From an uncultured bacterium (GTDB lineage Bacteria; Verrucomicrobiota; Verrucomicrobiia; Verrucomicrobiales; DEV007): DNA of 64,000 nt. Where the stretch lies: contig CAXBMO010000004.1 in assembly GCA_963977015.1 (NCBI GenBank), forward strand, positions 32,001 through 96,000, given 5' to 3'. The position numbers and the translations under genes were made by a program. This document shows, in pieces, positions 19,176-30,400 of the stretch. The stretch's first letter is position 1, and each line of letters starts with the position of its first letter. The notes below the pieces were generated by a model that saw only the letters and a list, made by a program, of their open reading frames with translations, was not told the DNA's origin and did not search any database.

Positions 19176-19539
19176 TCGCTACGGCGCAAAGTCCGCGATG
19201 TTCCATGTCTCACGCAGAGGCGCTGAGACGCAGAGATTTTTTTGGGAACGAATCCTGAATCTTCCGTTGCGAGCGTTGCGCCGTCGCGTGAAACCACGAA
19301 AGGCTCGCCACGGCGCAAAGTCCGCTACGTTCTATTTCTCACGCAGAGACGCAGAGATTTTTGGGGACGAATCCCAAGTCCTCCGTTGCGAGCGTTGCGC
19401 CGTCGCGTGAAACCACGAAAGGCTCGCTACGGCGCAAAGTCCGCTACGTTTCATTTCTCACGCAGAGGCGCTGAGACGCAGAGATTTTTGGGAACGAATC
19501 CTGATTCCTCCGTTGCGAGCGTTGCGCCGTCGCGTGAAA
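19176..19539. repeat. Three tandem ~120-bp palindromic units (REP/BIME-like) between convergent rlpA and trpB
   Basis: Units start at 19176, 19305, 19424; each reads TCGCYACGGCGCAAAGTCCGC...TCTCACGCAGAG...CCGTTGCGAGCGTTGCGCCGTCGCGTGAAA. Confidence 0.92.
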
Positions 19540-19550
19540 AAAACCGCGAA

Positions 19551-20774
19551 TCAGAATTCCAACTCTTCGCCGTATACGAAGCGAGCGGCCTGCGCGACGT
19601 CTTTGTCACCGCGTCCCGAAAGGTTGGCGATGAGGATGTCGTCTTTGCTCATCGTCGGTGCGATTTTGGTGACGTAGGCCATGGCGTGCGCCGATTCCAA
19701 GGCCGGGATGATGCCTTCAATCGAACTGAGGTCCTGGAACGCTTGCAGTGCTTCATCGTCGGTCGCGTATTCGTAATCGATCCGGCCCTGTTCCTTGTAG
19801 AAGGCGTGTTCGGGACCGACGGCGGCGTAATCGAGACCGGCTGAAACGGAATGGGTCAGTTGAATCTGGCCATCGTCATCCGCCAAAAGCCACGTCTTCG
19901 AGCCTTGCAGGACCCCGAGCTTGCCGCCCTGGAACCGCGCGGCGTGCTCGCCGTTCTTGATGCCATGACCGCCGGCTTCAACGCCGATCATCTTGACCGA
20001 TTCATCCTCCAGAAACGGGTGAAAGAGCCCAATCGCATTGCTTCCTCCGCCGACACACGCGACCAACAAATCGGGCAACCGCTCTTCGCGCTCGAGAATC
20101 TGGCGACGCGCTTCAATCCCGATCACGCGGTGAAAATCACGCACAATCATCGGGAACGGATGCGCGCCAAGGGCCGAGCCGAGAATGTAATGGGTATCGC
20201 GCGGATGAGCGACCCAATCGCGCAGCGCCTCGTTCACCGCCTCCTTCAGCGTCCGTTGACCGGCCGTGACCGCGCGAACTTCCGCGCCCAAAAACCGCAT
20301 CCGGGCGACATTCAACGCCTGCCGCGCCATATCGACTTCGCCCATGTAAATGATGCACTCCATTCCGAACCGCGCACACACCGTCGCCGTCGCCACGCCG
20401 TGCTGGCCCGCGCCGGTTTCCGCAATGATCCGCTTCTTGCCCAATCGCTTGGCCAACAGCGCCTGGCCCAGCGCGTTGTTGATCTTGTGCGCACCGGTGT
20501 GGAGCAAATCCTCGCGCTTGAGATAAATCTTCGCGCCGCCGAGTTTCTCCGTCCAGCGCTCGGCAAAATAGAGCGGCGTCGGGCGACCGCAGTAGTTGTG
20601 GAGCAACCCATCCAACTCCGCCTGAAACGCAGGATCGTTCTTCGCGGCCTCGTATTCTTCCGTCAGCTCCTTGAACGCCGTCATCAGCGTTTCGGGAACA
20701 AAAACGCCCCCGTAGGTGCCAAAGTGGCCGTGGGAATCGGGAACGGTAGCGGGATCAATCATTGCGGTTGGCAT
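19551..20774 (-). CDS. trpB: Tryptophan synthase beta chain
   Basis: [57 protein letters not shown]. Confidence 0.97.
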   Translation of the reverse strand: MPTAMIDPATVPDSHGHFGTYGGVFVPETLMTAFKELTEEYEAAKNDPAFQAELDGLLHNYCGRPTPLYFAERWTEKLGGAKIYLKREDLLHTGAHKINNALGQALLAKRLGKKRIIAETGAGQHGVATATVCARFGMECIIYMGEVDMARQALNVARMRFLGAEVRAVTAGQRTLKEAVNEALRDWVAHPRDTHYILGSALGAHPFPMIVRDFHRVIGIEARRQILEREERLPDLLVACVGGGSNAIGLFHPFLEDESVKMIGVEAGGHGIKNGEHAARFQGGKLGVLQGSKTWLLADDDGQIQLTHSVSAGLDYAAVGPEHAFYKEQGRIDYEYATDDEALQAFQDLSSIEGIIPALESAHAMAYVTKIAPTMSKDDILIANLSGRGDKDVAQAARFVYGEELEF

Positions 20775-21022
20775 GGGCGAGGAAACTAGAGAGCGTTTGT
20801 GAGAAGACTCATCGCCGCCCCGCGCCATCATTTCCAGTCGAAAAAATCACTCGCCGCGCGCCTCGCTTTCGTCTTCGAGCGCCCCCCTGTCTGCCAATCG
20901 ATGCGCATCAACCCTATCAAGGGCTGAAAAATGCCGGTGCCATCAGATTCACCTCACTGTAATTCCTCTTGCAAACCGTAAAAATCCCGTTTTGCTAAAA
21001 AGCCTAACTAAAAATCCTAGAA

Positions 21023-21577
21023 ATGAAACTTCGAAACGTTGGGTACACTGTTCTCTTAATCTCCACCGTGAGTCTGGTCTCCTGCCAAACTCATGATCCT
21101 TACACAAACTCCACCCGTTACATGGGTCCGGGCGAAACTATCGGACGCGGGTTCGACACCGCCAGCCGCAAGATGGGCAACGCAACCCGCAACGCCGGTT
21201 GGTTCACCAAAAGCAAAGCCTCAAACGTCGCCTCACACGCAGCCTACGGCGTCGACTCCGCCTTGCGCAATACCAGCACCGGCGTCGCCAACACCACCCG
21301 CGAAATTGGCCGCGGCCTCTTTGGCTCCTGGCGGGGAACCAACGCCGCTCCTTCCAACCTGACTCCGGTCTCCGGCGTTCAGAGCTTCCGGCGGCTGAGC
21401 CGCGACGACGCCTATTCCGCCGGCTACTCGCGAGGACGCTCTCACGCCTACAATCGACTCAACGCCGATCCCCAAGGCAATGCCCGGGCCTCGACCGCAA
21501 CCTTTCAGCGATCCTACCAACGCGGCTATGTTCGCGGCTGGAACGACGCCGTCGCTGAAATGAACGCCGCGCTCTAA
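21023..21577 (+). CDS. Hypothetical lipoprotein
   Basis: MKLR + hydrophobic stretch + LVSC lipobox; C-terminal YxxGYxRG twice; AT-rich upstream region. Confidence 0.7.
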   Translation: MKLRNVGYTVLLISTVSLVSCQTHDPYTNSTRYMGPGETIGRGFDTASRKMGNATRNAGWFTKSKASNVASHAAYGVDSALRNTSTGVANTTREIGRGLFGSWRGTNAAPSNLTPVSGVQSFRRLSRDDAYSAGYSRGRSHAYNRLNADPQGNARASTATFQRSYQRGYVRGWNDAVAEMNAAL

Positions 21578-21677
21578 CGAGGCAACCGCCATCCATTGAG
21601 GGTTGGGCTGTACCAACCGCGATTTCGCAACCACGTTGTTGTCGTTGATCGGCGCGGCTGCTCCGTTGGCGTCCCTA

Positions 21678-21877
21678 AGAGCCGGAGGCTCACCCAGAAA
21701 ATCGCCGGTGGTGAAGCGCAGCGAAACCACCGGACGAATCGCGAAGACCAGTTGTGTCCCGGCTGGGACGCCAGAGGCCTTCTCGCGCACCTTCCGGCGC
21801 GCCATGTTCTCCGTCTCGAGTTCCCGGGGTTCCGCTGCGCTCCACCCCGCGCTACGATCGTTCGTCCCTCCGGGACT
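21678..21877. repeat. ~200-bp structured inverted-repeat element (REP-doublet/MITE-like)
   Basis: Left arm GAGCCGGAGGCTC..CCGGTGGTGAAGCGCAGCGAAACCACCGG mirrors the reverse complement of the right arm GTCCCGGAGGGAC..CGCGGGGTGGAGCGCAGCGGAACCCCGGG. Confidence 0.75.
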
Positions 21878-21975
21878 CGGGGAAACGGCGTCAGCTTTCG
21901 CCAATCCCAACGGGATTACTTGCGGACTCCTTATTTGGAGAGCGTTCCTGCGTTCAGTTTTGGCTCACCAGTTGA

Positions 21976-22896
21976 TCAGCCCTTGATCGGAATCCAACCG
22001 TGTCCCTCAAACTCGGCGGGAAATTCCCCGGGATGAAACAGCTCGGCCAAAATCCGGGTGGATTCCAACAACCTTGGTCCGGGCCGATTGAAATAGGCGT
22101 TTCCGTCGGTGACGTAGGCGCGTTGGTTGCGAACGGCTTTGAGGTCACTCCAACCGGGGCGCTCCGTCAGGAGGTGGATCTCTTCAAGCGTTCGGCCAAT
22201 GTCGAAACCACAGGGCGTGGTGATAATGAGATCGGGGTCGGCAGCAACGAGTTCGTCCCATGTCATCCAGGGCGAATGCTTGCCGGCAACGCCGAACAAG
22301 CTGCGGCCACCGGCGATTTCGACCAGTTCAGGAATCCAGTTTCCGGCGGCCATGAGAGGATCCATCCACTCGATGCAGGCCACGGTGGGACGTTCCTTCA
22401 GCTTCGATGAACGTTCGCGAATTTCGGCCAACCCGGTCTGCAACTCGGTGACGAGATCGCGGCCTCGCCCGGCTACACCCGCCGCGTCAGCCACACGCTG
22501 GATGTCGGTCCACACGTCGCTGAGTTCGTTTGGTTCCAGCGAGACGATGGCGGGTTGGGTGCCGAGCCAATCGCAAACGGCGGCTTCAACGTCTTTCAGA
22601 TTCACCGCACAGACGTCACACTGCGTCTGCGTGATGATGATGGTGGGATCCAGTTCGATGAGAACATCGCGCCGCACTTCGTAGACCGAAAGCGCGTCCT
22701 TGAGCGCGGTTTTGACGCGATCGTCGATTTCGCGGCTGGTGCCGTTCACGTCGATGCGCGGCTTGGAGCAAACGGCGAGTTCAGAGACGTTTCCCGGAAA
22801 ATCACATTCGTGGGAGACGCCGACCAACTCGTCGCGCAGGCCAAGGCGGCAGACGATTTCCGTAGAGCTGGCGATGAGCGAAACGATGCGGTTCAT
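21976..22896 (-). CDS. BtuF-like cobalamin/iron-complex binding protein, no signal peptide
   Basis: RIVSLIASSTEIV..LG..LVGVSHECDFP, EWMDPLM.AGNWIPE, PCGF, DGNAYFNRPGPRL. Confidence 0.82.
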   Translation of the reverse strand: MNRIVSLIASSTEIVCRLGLRDELVGVSHECDFPGNVSELAVCSKPRIDVNGTSREIDDRVKTALKDALSVYEVRRDVLIELDPTIIITQTQCDVCAVNLKDVEAAVCDWLGTQPAIVSLEPNELSDVWTDIQRVADAAGVAGRGRDLVTELQTGLAEIRERSSKLKERPTVACIEWMDPLMAAGNWIPELVEIAGGRSLFGVAGKHSPWMTWDELVAADPDLIITTPCGFDIGRTLEEIHLLTERPGWSDLKAVRNQRAYVTDGNAYFNRPGPRLLESTRILAELFHPGEFPAEFEGHGWIPIKG

Positions 22897-23540
22897 GCCT
22901 CGCGCACGACCCAGGCGTTGAGCGAATCACGCGACGTCGCGGTTCGGCGAATCCAGGCCCATGAGCCATAAAGGAGGCTTCCGTAGATGAGCGTGGAAGC
23001 CAATGATCTTCCGAAATAGGGAATCGCGTTCACATAGCACATTCCCAACCCTCCTGCGGTGAGGGGATAATGCATGGGCGGCTGGCTATGGAAAAACAGC
23101 CAAACCAGAAAGTTGGTGACGACAAAGAAGATCACTTCCGCCAGCAAACCTCCTCCCAACAAGACGGCCGGTCCCGACTGATGCCGCAAACGTCTCCCCA
23201 GCAGCAAACCGATGCCGAAACTGAGGTAAACGCCGGCCGAGATCCAGGAAAACGCGAACGCCGGGCCTTTGATTGCCAGAATCGCGAGGTCCGAGACCAG
23301 CATTCCACCAAAGGCAACCAGCCAGCCCGAACCGGCTCGCAAAAAGCGGCTTCCACCAAACAGGCAAAGCGCCATCACGGGAGAAAAGTTCCACGGGTAG
23401 GCGCCGAATTCCGGATCAATCTGCATTCCCAGGGCTTCCGCCAAATACGGCAGCAAGCGGACAAAGACGATGTAACCGGCAAAGGCAATCGCCATCCAAA
23501 TGGGTAACCGAAGAAACGTGGGGTTGGAATTGGTTGTCAT
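22893..23540 (-). CDS. DUF6580-like putative vitamin transport membrane protein
   Basis: About 6 TM; NFSPVMALCLFGG, MLVSDL, FFVVTNFLVW, YPLTAGGLGMCYVNAIPYF; ATGA overlap with the BtuF-like gene. Confidence 0.7.
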   Translation of the reverse strand: MTTNSNPTFLRLPIWMAIAFAGYIVFVRLLPYLAEALGMQIDPEFGAYPWNFSPVMALCLFGGSRFLRAGSGWLVAFGGMLVSDLAILAIKGPAFAFSWISAGVYLSFGIGLLLGRRLRHQSGPAVLLGGGLLAEVIFFVVTNFLVWLFFHSQPPMHYPLTAGGLGMCYVNAIPYFGRSLASTLIYGSLLYGSWAWIRRTATSRDSLNAWVVREA

Positions 23541-23734
23541 GACAAGAATCGGGAGATGAATTCGCAGACTGTGAACAAATCACGAATCGCCTCTTCTCCA
23601 AGTGCAAATTGCATCGGATTTTGATCGCGGAGCCCCCGGGCCCAATGGCCTTGCGTTCGTTTGAGATTCCCCTTACCGATGTATCCTTCAGTCCATTGCG
23701 CCCCAGTCGCGCGACTGACAATCTTCCCTGACCT

Positions 23735-24922
23735 ATGAGCCCCAAAACCGCCCTCTCCATCGCCACCTTGTTGGGAATTTTTTCCAGCTTTTCTCTGACC
23801 ATCAGCCATGCGCAACAGCGCCCCCCCGGCAATTCCCGATTTGCCGAGCTGGAGAAGCAGGCCATCGCGCAGCCGTTTGTCGGCGTTACGACCGATGGAA
23901 CAGTGGAGAAGGGACTGTTCGAAATCCAGTCGACCGGCGTTTCGACGAGCGAACTGGTGGAAGCGACAACGGTCTTTCTGGCAGCCCTCACCGACGAACA
24001 ACGCAAGAAGACGATGTTTCCGGTTGATGACAACGAATGGCGCCGTTGGGCGAATCAGCACAGTTTACCGAGGCAAGGCGTTAGCTTTGAGGAGATGAAC
24101 GAGGAACAACGCGCGTTGGCCTTCAAGATGATCGGCGCCGGTCTCAGTGCCCGCGGGCTGAAGACGACGCAGGATATCATGAAGCTGAACCACACCATCG
24201 CGGAAATTTCCGGGCGTCACGGCGAATACGGCTACGGGCGCTGGGCCTACTTCATCACGGTGATGGGCGAACCTTCAGACACGGAACCGTGGGGCTGGCA
24301 GTTCGACGGGCATCATTGCATCATCAACTACTTTGTGTTGGCCGATCAGGTCGTGGTGACGCCGATCTTCCTGGGTTCCGAGCCGGTTTGGGCAGACGAA
24401 GGCGACTATGCCGGGACAATCGTCTTGCAGGAGGAACAAAATGCCGGATTGGCCCTGGCGCAGAGCCTGACCGACGCGCAGAAGGCCAAAGCCGTGCTCA
24501 ATTCCGCGAAAGCCGGCACCAATTCCAACAGCGAAGCCTTTCACGACAACGTGGTGATCCCCTACGAGGGAATCCCGTTTTCCGAGTTGGACGACGCGCA
24601 GAAGAAGCAGTTTCTCCACCTGTGCGAATTGTGGATCGGCAACATCAAAGAAGGGCACGCCAAGGTGAAGATGTCCGAGATCCGCAAACATCTGGATCGA
24701 ACCCGTTTTGCCTGGATTGGCGGGATGGACGACGATTCCGTGTTTTATTACCGGGTGCACAGTCCCGTGGTGTTGATCGAGTTCGACCACCAACGTCCCA
24801 TCGCGCTGGACCGGTCGGGCCTCGCAACGCGCAATCACATTCACGCAACGGTGCGGACGCCGAATGGAAACGATTACGGCAAGGACCTCCTGCGACAGCA
24901 TCTCTTGGACCATCCGCATTGA
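23735..24922 (+). CDS. DUF3500 family secreted protein
   Basis: WGWQFDGHH, TPIFLGSEP, FAWIG, YYRVHSPVVLIEFDHQ, NHIHATVRTPNGNDYG; signal peptide. Confidence 0.88.
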   Translation: MSPKTALSIATLLGIFSSFSLTISHAQQRPPGNSRFAELEKQAIAQPFVGVTTDGTVEKGLFEIQSTGVSTSELVEATTVFLAALTDEQRKKTMFPVDDNEWRRWANQHSLPRQGVSFEEMNEEQRALAFKMIGAGLSARGLKTTQDIMKLNHTIAEISGRHGEYGYGRWAYFITVMGEPSDTEPWGWQFDGHHCIINYFVLADQVVVTPIFLGSEPVWADEGDYAGTIVLQEEQNAGLALAQSLTDAQKAKAVLNSAKAGTNSNSEAFHDNVVIPYEGIPFSELDDAQKKQFLHLCELWIGNIKEGHAKVKMSEIRKHLDRTRFAWIGGMDDDSVFYYRVHSPVVLIEFDHQRPIALDRSGLATRNHIHATVRTPNGNDYGKDLLRQHLLDHPH

Positions 24923-25332
24923 TTTTGCGGAACCACTCGGCACAGAATCTACAATCCACCTTTTTCTTGGCGGAGTAGAATCTCAAAGGCCGGAGGTATC
25001 GGGTGAACTCCGCGCGTTTCAGAACCGCTCCCCAACTCGAGAGAAGCCGTTTGAGAAAACTCCAGGAAATTCATAAGACTCTTCCGGGAACGGCTGTCAT
25101 TGGTGTCTCATGGCTGAAACCCCTCCAGCGCCCGAATCTCACGCCCCCGTTGTCAGGGGGGTGATCAACCCCGTAATTTTGAGGAGTTTCCGGAATGGGG
25201 CGGTCACATTGCGCGTTTTCAGATTCTGAGTTTTCGGCGACGCCATGCCCGGGATCGCGTCATGCTGAGTCGGCGGGCAGCCAAATTTTAAAAGCGAATC
25301 AAGTGGGAATTAACAACAATAGTAACAATAGA

Positions 25333-27408
25333 ATGAAAGGTTTACATCACGTTGGATTGGCGGCTGTCGTTGTCGTCTTGGCCGGCTTTGCGGAGTCGAG
25401 AGCGGCAGAGGAAGGGAACGAAAAACACCCCGAAGAGATCCCCGGCTTGTTGAGCTTCTGGGACTTTCAGGGAGAGGGCGAAGAGCGTCTCACCAGTCGC
25501 GGCAAGCACGCCTACAGGTTGAAGGAGATGCACGGGAAGATTGAGAACGCACCGGAGGGAGTGTTTGGGGATTCCGCGCTGGAAATCCAGCCGTTGCAAT
25601 GGATGATGATCGAGCGGGAGGATTGTCCGGGGCTGAATCTGCACGGTGAGCAAGCGGTGACGATGGTGGCGTGGATCAAGCGAAGTCACAACGGCATCTG
25701 GCAGTACATCGCCGGAGTCTGGAACGAGCGCGATGCCAAGCGGCAGTATGCGTTGTTCACCTGCGGACACAAACAGACCGACTACGTGACCATGGATCGC
25801 AGCGATTGTCGCTACAGGGCGCACGGCTATGTTTCCGAGGTGGGTGGAGCAACCGAGGGAAAACCATACTGTTTTTCTTATGGCACCGGAAAGACGGTGT
25901 TGGAGAAGGAACGTTGGCACATGATCGCGTTTACCTACGATCAGAAGGCGATCCGGGTTTATGTCGATGGCAGGCTGGATGAGAACGGAAACAGCAATCC
26001 GTTTCTGTGGGACAAGCCGATTTTCGATGGCGGGGAGGAAGGCGCGGACTTCACCGTGGCGCAGCGTCCACTTCCGCAATGGCCCGGCTATCCCGATGAG
26101 GCGCCGACCCATTCCGAGGGATTTGCAGGGCTCCTGGGCGGGTTGGCGGTTTACGATCGGAGCCTGACGGACGAAGAAATTGCGGGGCTTTATCAGGCGA
26201 CCATGGCTCAAGAACCGGTTCCAACCTGGGAACTGGGAACGTCGCCTCTCGATCCCGAGGGAATCACCGGGCAGATCGATGTCGTGGATGGCGTGGTCAA
26301 GCTGGACGGCAGCAACGCGTTTTCCATTCCGGCTTCGGCCCTTGGCGAGCAGAAGGACTACACCATCGAGTTCGAGGTCAAGCGACCGGCCGATGTCCAG
26401 TCCAGTGACAAGATCACCCTGCTTTCCAACACGGACGAAACCAATCAGACCGGGCTCGGCCTGAAATACTATCCGCCCTCCTACAACGCCTTCTGGCTGA
26501 TGGTCAATGGGCACCGCACGGTGGAGTATCGCGGATTCCTCAATGACAAGGTCAACAAGGTCACGATCGTGGCGAAGGACGGCCAGTTGATGCTCTTCCG
26601 AAACAGCCTCCTCCTCGCCACCACCGCGGCGGTCGAGCCGAGCTCGCAGCCGCTGGTTTTCGGGAAAGCGAACGCGAAGTTCAGTGGTCCCTACGAGATC
26701 AGCAGTCTCAAGATCTATGACACAACGGTTTATCCGCCGAGCCACGATCCAAACGCCAAGCGGATGCGCTATTATGGCGGGGAGGGCTATTCCATGCAGC
26801 GGGTCGAGCTAACCAACCCGGACTTGCCGCGCATTCTCGTGATCGGCGACTCCATTTCGGGTGGCTATCGCGGATTCCTCACCGAGCGCTACCAGGACCA
26901 GGCAAACATCGACTACTGGCTGACCGGCTACCTCAGCGCCCAGGGCGACAATTCCCCGCTGGAGCGCGCCCTGACCGGCGTCCTCTCCAACGGCCCTTAC
27001 GACGCCGTCACCTTCAACTTCGGACTGCACTGGTGGCCGCATGACGGGCGCTATTCCACGGATGAAAAGTATGTCGCAGAGATGACCAAAGTTGTCGCGT
27101 TAATGCAAAAAGTGGCTCCGGAGACGAAGTTCATCTGGAACCGGACCACGCCGTGGCGGACCACTCCCGAAGACGCCACCCCGACCCTGGAGACGCCCCA
27201 GAACGAGCGCATCATGCACGTCAATCAACTGGCCGACCGGATCATGAACGAGCACGGAATTCCCACCATCGATCTCTATTCGATCGCCGCGGCAAAGCTC
27301 GACACCATCACCCGCAGCTCAAAGGATTCCGTCCACTGGCCCCGCGACGTCTCCGCACTGTTTGCAACAGAAATGGCCGAGGAAATCGACCGGCAACTGC
27401 AAAAATAG
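25333..27408 (+). CDS. Secreted LamG-like x2 + SGNH/GDSL hydrolase
   Basis: Signal peptide from ATG 25333; [14 protein letters not shown] LamG signature; C-terminal GDSIS, FNFGLH, DSVH SGNH blocks. Confidence 0.78.
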   Translation: MKGLHHVGLAAVVVVLAGFAESRAAEEGNEKHPEEIPGLLSFWDFQGEGEERLTSRGKHAYRLKEMHGKIENAPEGVFGDSALEIQPLQWMMIEREDCPGLNLHGEQAVTMVAWIKRSHNGIWQYIAGVWNERDAKRQYALFTCGHKQTDYVTMDRSDCRYRAHGYVSEVGGATEGKPYCFSYGTGKTVLEKERWHMIAFTYDQKAIRVYVDGRLDENGNSNPFLWDKPIFDGGEEGADFTVAQRPLPQWPGYPDEAPTHSEGFAGLLGGLAVYDRSLTDEEIAGLYQATMAQEPVPTWELGTSPLDPEGITGQIDVVDGVVKLDGSNAFSIPASALGEQKDYTIEFEVKRPADVQSSDKITLLSNTDETNQTGLGLKYYPPSYNAFWLMVNGHRTVEYRGFLNDKVNKVTIVAKDGQLMLFRNSLLLATTAAVEPSSQPLVFGKANAKFSGPYEISSLKIYDTTVYPPSHDPNAKRMRYYGGEGYSMQRVELTNPDLPRILVIGDSISGGYRGFLTERYQDQANIDYWLTGYLSAQGDNSPLERALTGVLSNGPYDAVTFNFGLHWWPHDGRYSTDEKYVAEMTKVVALMQKVAPETKFIWNRTTPWRTTPEDATPTLETPQNERIMHVNQLADRIMNEHGIPTIDLYSIAAAKLDTITRSSKDSVHWPRDVSALFATEMAEEIDRQLQK

Positions 27409-27442
27409 GATGGGCCCCACCAAACCACGTTTCCCAATTTTC

Positions 27443-30400
27443 ATGCGACACCTTCAAAGAATACTGACCGTCATTGCCGTCTCCCTGGCGTTTGGCTCGC
27501 CTCCTGCATCTGCCGTTGAAGGCCGCTATGTCTGTTTCGGGAACGGTCTTTCTCCCATCCTCGGGGTGGCCGAATTTGAAGTCTGGTCCGGCGACGTCAA
27601 CGTGGTGGCGAATCGGGCCGAAGATTTCGAGCTGCTCTGCCTCACCGGTCGCGAACCGGAATCCAACGCGGCTCACCTTCGGAACATGGTGGACGGCAAT
27701 AAAAACACGTTGGAACGCTGGCCTCGCACCCTGGAGCGGTCCGCGGACGGAATGGGTTACAAGGACGGAGCGCTCAGTCTTTGCGCCTTTGAAGTTGATC
27801 TGAAAACGTCGATCCCCATCGACCGAATCGAGTTTTATCGCAGCCGCTACATGCAGGATGACAAGCCCTTCAAACTGTTTCAGGATCTGGGTTGGCGCTA
27901 TCTACTGGTGCTGGATGAGGAACGAAGGATTGTCGCCTGGAATACGTTCAACACTTATCCCGACGACTGGCGGGAACGAGAAGGTCACTGGACGTTTATT
28001 CCGGAACCCGCCGAAGGCGCGCCCGCGGGCAGGGTCGTCCCCCAAGGCAGCTTGAACTGGCTCAGTGAGGCCGAGTTCATCCGGGATTTTCTCGGCAAGC
28101 CCACCATCGATCTGAACGAGAATCTTTCCGGCGAGGATCGTGAACGACTCGAGCAGTTTGAACGCCGCAATGATCCCGAAGAGATCAACAAACTCGGTGA
28201 AACATTCTTCCGGATCGTCGATCTGGATCGACCGGGGATGAAGACGGTCAAGTCACTGGTTGCGGAGCGGCGCTACGCCGAAGCGTTCGAGGCCTTCAAG
28301 GCGCCGTTCTTCGAGACAGTCGGGGTGCTGAAAGACGTGCATGGCGATTTTGAGTACACCTGGATGAGCGATCCCAATTCCCGCTCGGGAATGCGGGCGC
28401 GGGATTTGATGAACCGGGTTTATGGCGACAAGGAGGATCTGACCGTGAAGCAATTCACGCCCGGGCTATTGCCTCCGGGGAGGCTCAAGTTCCCGTTCCA
28501 AATGCGTCCGCTCCTGCTTCAATACGCCTCCACGGGAAATGTGGAAGCGCTCCGCATGTGGGAGTCCATGACCGACGACTGGGCTCTGGGATATCAGGAT
28601 GCCGCCGACAAGGATCCGAAAAAATTGCGCGATCTCTTTGTGCTCGATGGCGGAACCGTGATGGACAACCTGCTGGATCTGGTCAATGCAGCGTCGGACA
28701 ACCCCGGTTTTGTGGCGGATGTTTCGGGCGCAACGTTGGCGCGCTTTCTGATGCCGATTCTGGAAGAGTTTCCGGTCGCGATCTGGAGGGTCTGTCGCAC
28801 CGGCACCTTCAACCATACCTACAACGCCGTCCCCGCCGGCCTGTTGCTTTCCGAAGCGATCATGGATTTTCGCGCAGGCCAGCGGCTCAATCGCGAGATG
28901 CGCGAGGCCTTCCTGCGGCTGTTCACGTATAATATGTATCGCGACGGTTCGATGGTCGAAGTCGGCGACGAAGGCCACTACATGTCGGTCGTGGTGACGC
29001 CGGCAAACCTGTATGGCCTCTACAAGAAGCATGGCCGCCCCGACTGGTTTACTCCCGCGATCGAAACCTACTTTCTGGATCACTATCGGGCGAATGTCTT
29101 GTCGCACGCCAGAAACATTTCTCCAAGCGGGGCTCACGTTCGCTGGAGTGTGTCCGACAACTCGGTCGGTCCCGTCGAATTGGAGCTTGGGCTGCGCAAC
29201 CTGGCTTACCGGAAGCCGTCCCGCGCTGATTACTATTCCGAATTGTGCAGGCCCGTCCTGACCGAGCCGGAGCCGCTGGCGATCATCGACACCGTCTACG
29301 GGCGGGGTCGGGAGCCGTTTGAAATCGAGCCCCGGGCGAGCGGTCAAAAGTCCCTGACTGACTTCTTCAACGAAAACACCGGAGACTACGCCGGTCCTCC
29401 AAAATACCGGTCGGATTGGATGCCCTACACCGGTCTGTGGTATTTTCGCGGTGGCTGGGATCACGAGGATCCGATGCTGCACCTGGTCCATCCCACGATG
29501 CCGAACTGCATGGGCGGGGCGGGTCTTTATCCCGTGACCAACACCTACGGACAGGGAGCCTTCAATACCACCAGCTATCGGTTTCACGACTACGCCAGTC
29601 CCCTCATGACCGGATTGGGAGTTTTGGTGGACGGTCTTCCTCCGTGTCCCGAGGAAGGGCGCGCCCCAAGCGGCAGCAAACAGGAAGTCTTCACTCAGGC
29701 AGCTGAGAAACCGCAGTTTTCCCGGTGGTACAGCGATTCGGAGCTCGACTTCGGCGAGGCGATCTATCGCGGCAACTACCGGAAAGTAGGGGCGGAATTC
29801 GACCACAAGCTCCGCAAACGAGTTGCCTATTCCAGCGAGGAACACGTCGATGGCGTCACCACGACCCGGCAAATTTTTCAGGTTCGCCCGGCGAGACTCT
29901 TCCTCCAGGTTGATCGGCTGCGTTACGCCTCGCCTGAGGAATTGCACACCCAAATGCTCAAGAACACCATGATCCTGATCGATCCCGATGAGGAGACCGA
30001 GGCCACGATTGATCAACTCAAAGTCGATCCCGAGGAACGCCGCATCGTGACGGAAAATCCCGGCAATGCCGGTGTCATGGTGAGCTTGTTTGGCCAACCG
30101 GAACTCGACATCGAGGTAAACGAGAGGGAGATCGGTCATCAGAGTTTCCGGAGATCGCCCACGATCACGCTGGGAGGTTATCGCAAAACCAAGGGGCGTG
30201 AAGTCAAGATTTCCTGGGAAGCACAAGGCGAAACCATTCTGGTGTCGCTGCTGCGTGGCCTGCGCCCTGACGAGTCGCCCATCGCAAAGACGGAGGACTT
30301 GTCCAATGACCAAGTTGCCGCCGTTCGAGCCACCATGAGCGATGGAGTCAACGTGACCTTGCTGGTGTCCCGCCACGAGTCGAGCGAACTGGAAGCCGGG

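Noticed and set aside
19176-19539. CRISPR array
   Set aside because: Units are ~120 bp and near-identical throughout, with no unique spacers and no cas genes. The 200-aa ORF 19242..19844 is a repeat/antisense artefact.
19551-20774. Stand-alone trpB as TrpB2 or a novel pathway
   Set aside because: Motifs are canonical TrpB1; dispersed trp genes are unremarkable.
21233-22036. ORFs spanning the 200-bp palindrome (21233..21910, 21596..22036, 21603..21986)
   Set aside because: They translate the repeat element and overlap real genes; no protein signal.
23541-23734. Cobalamin riboswitch upstream of the DUF6580-like/BtuF-like pair
   Set aside because: Expected from context, but I could not find the ordered core (GGGAA..GGTG..AATCC, GCCACTG, B12 box). 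An Infernal/Rfam scan would settle it.
25110-25190. Possible IS terminal repeat (TGATCAACCCCGTAATTTTGAGGAG) or truncated gene start at the left edge of the enzyme block
   Set aside because: Only a vague resemblance to IS3-type ends; no partner inverted repeat, target duplication or transposase was found.
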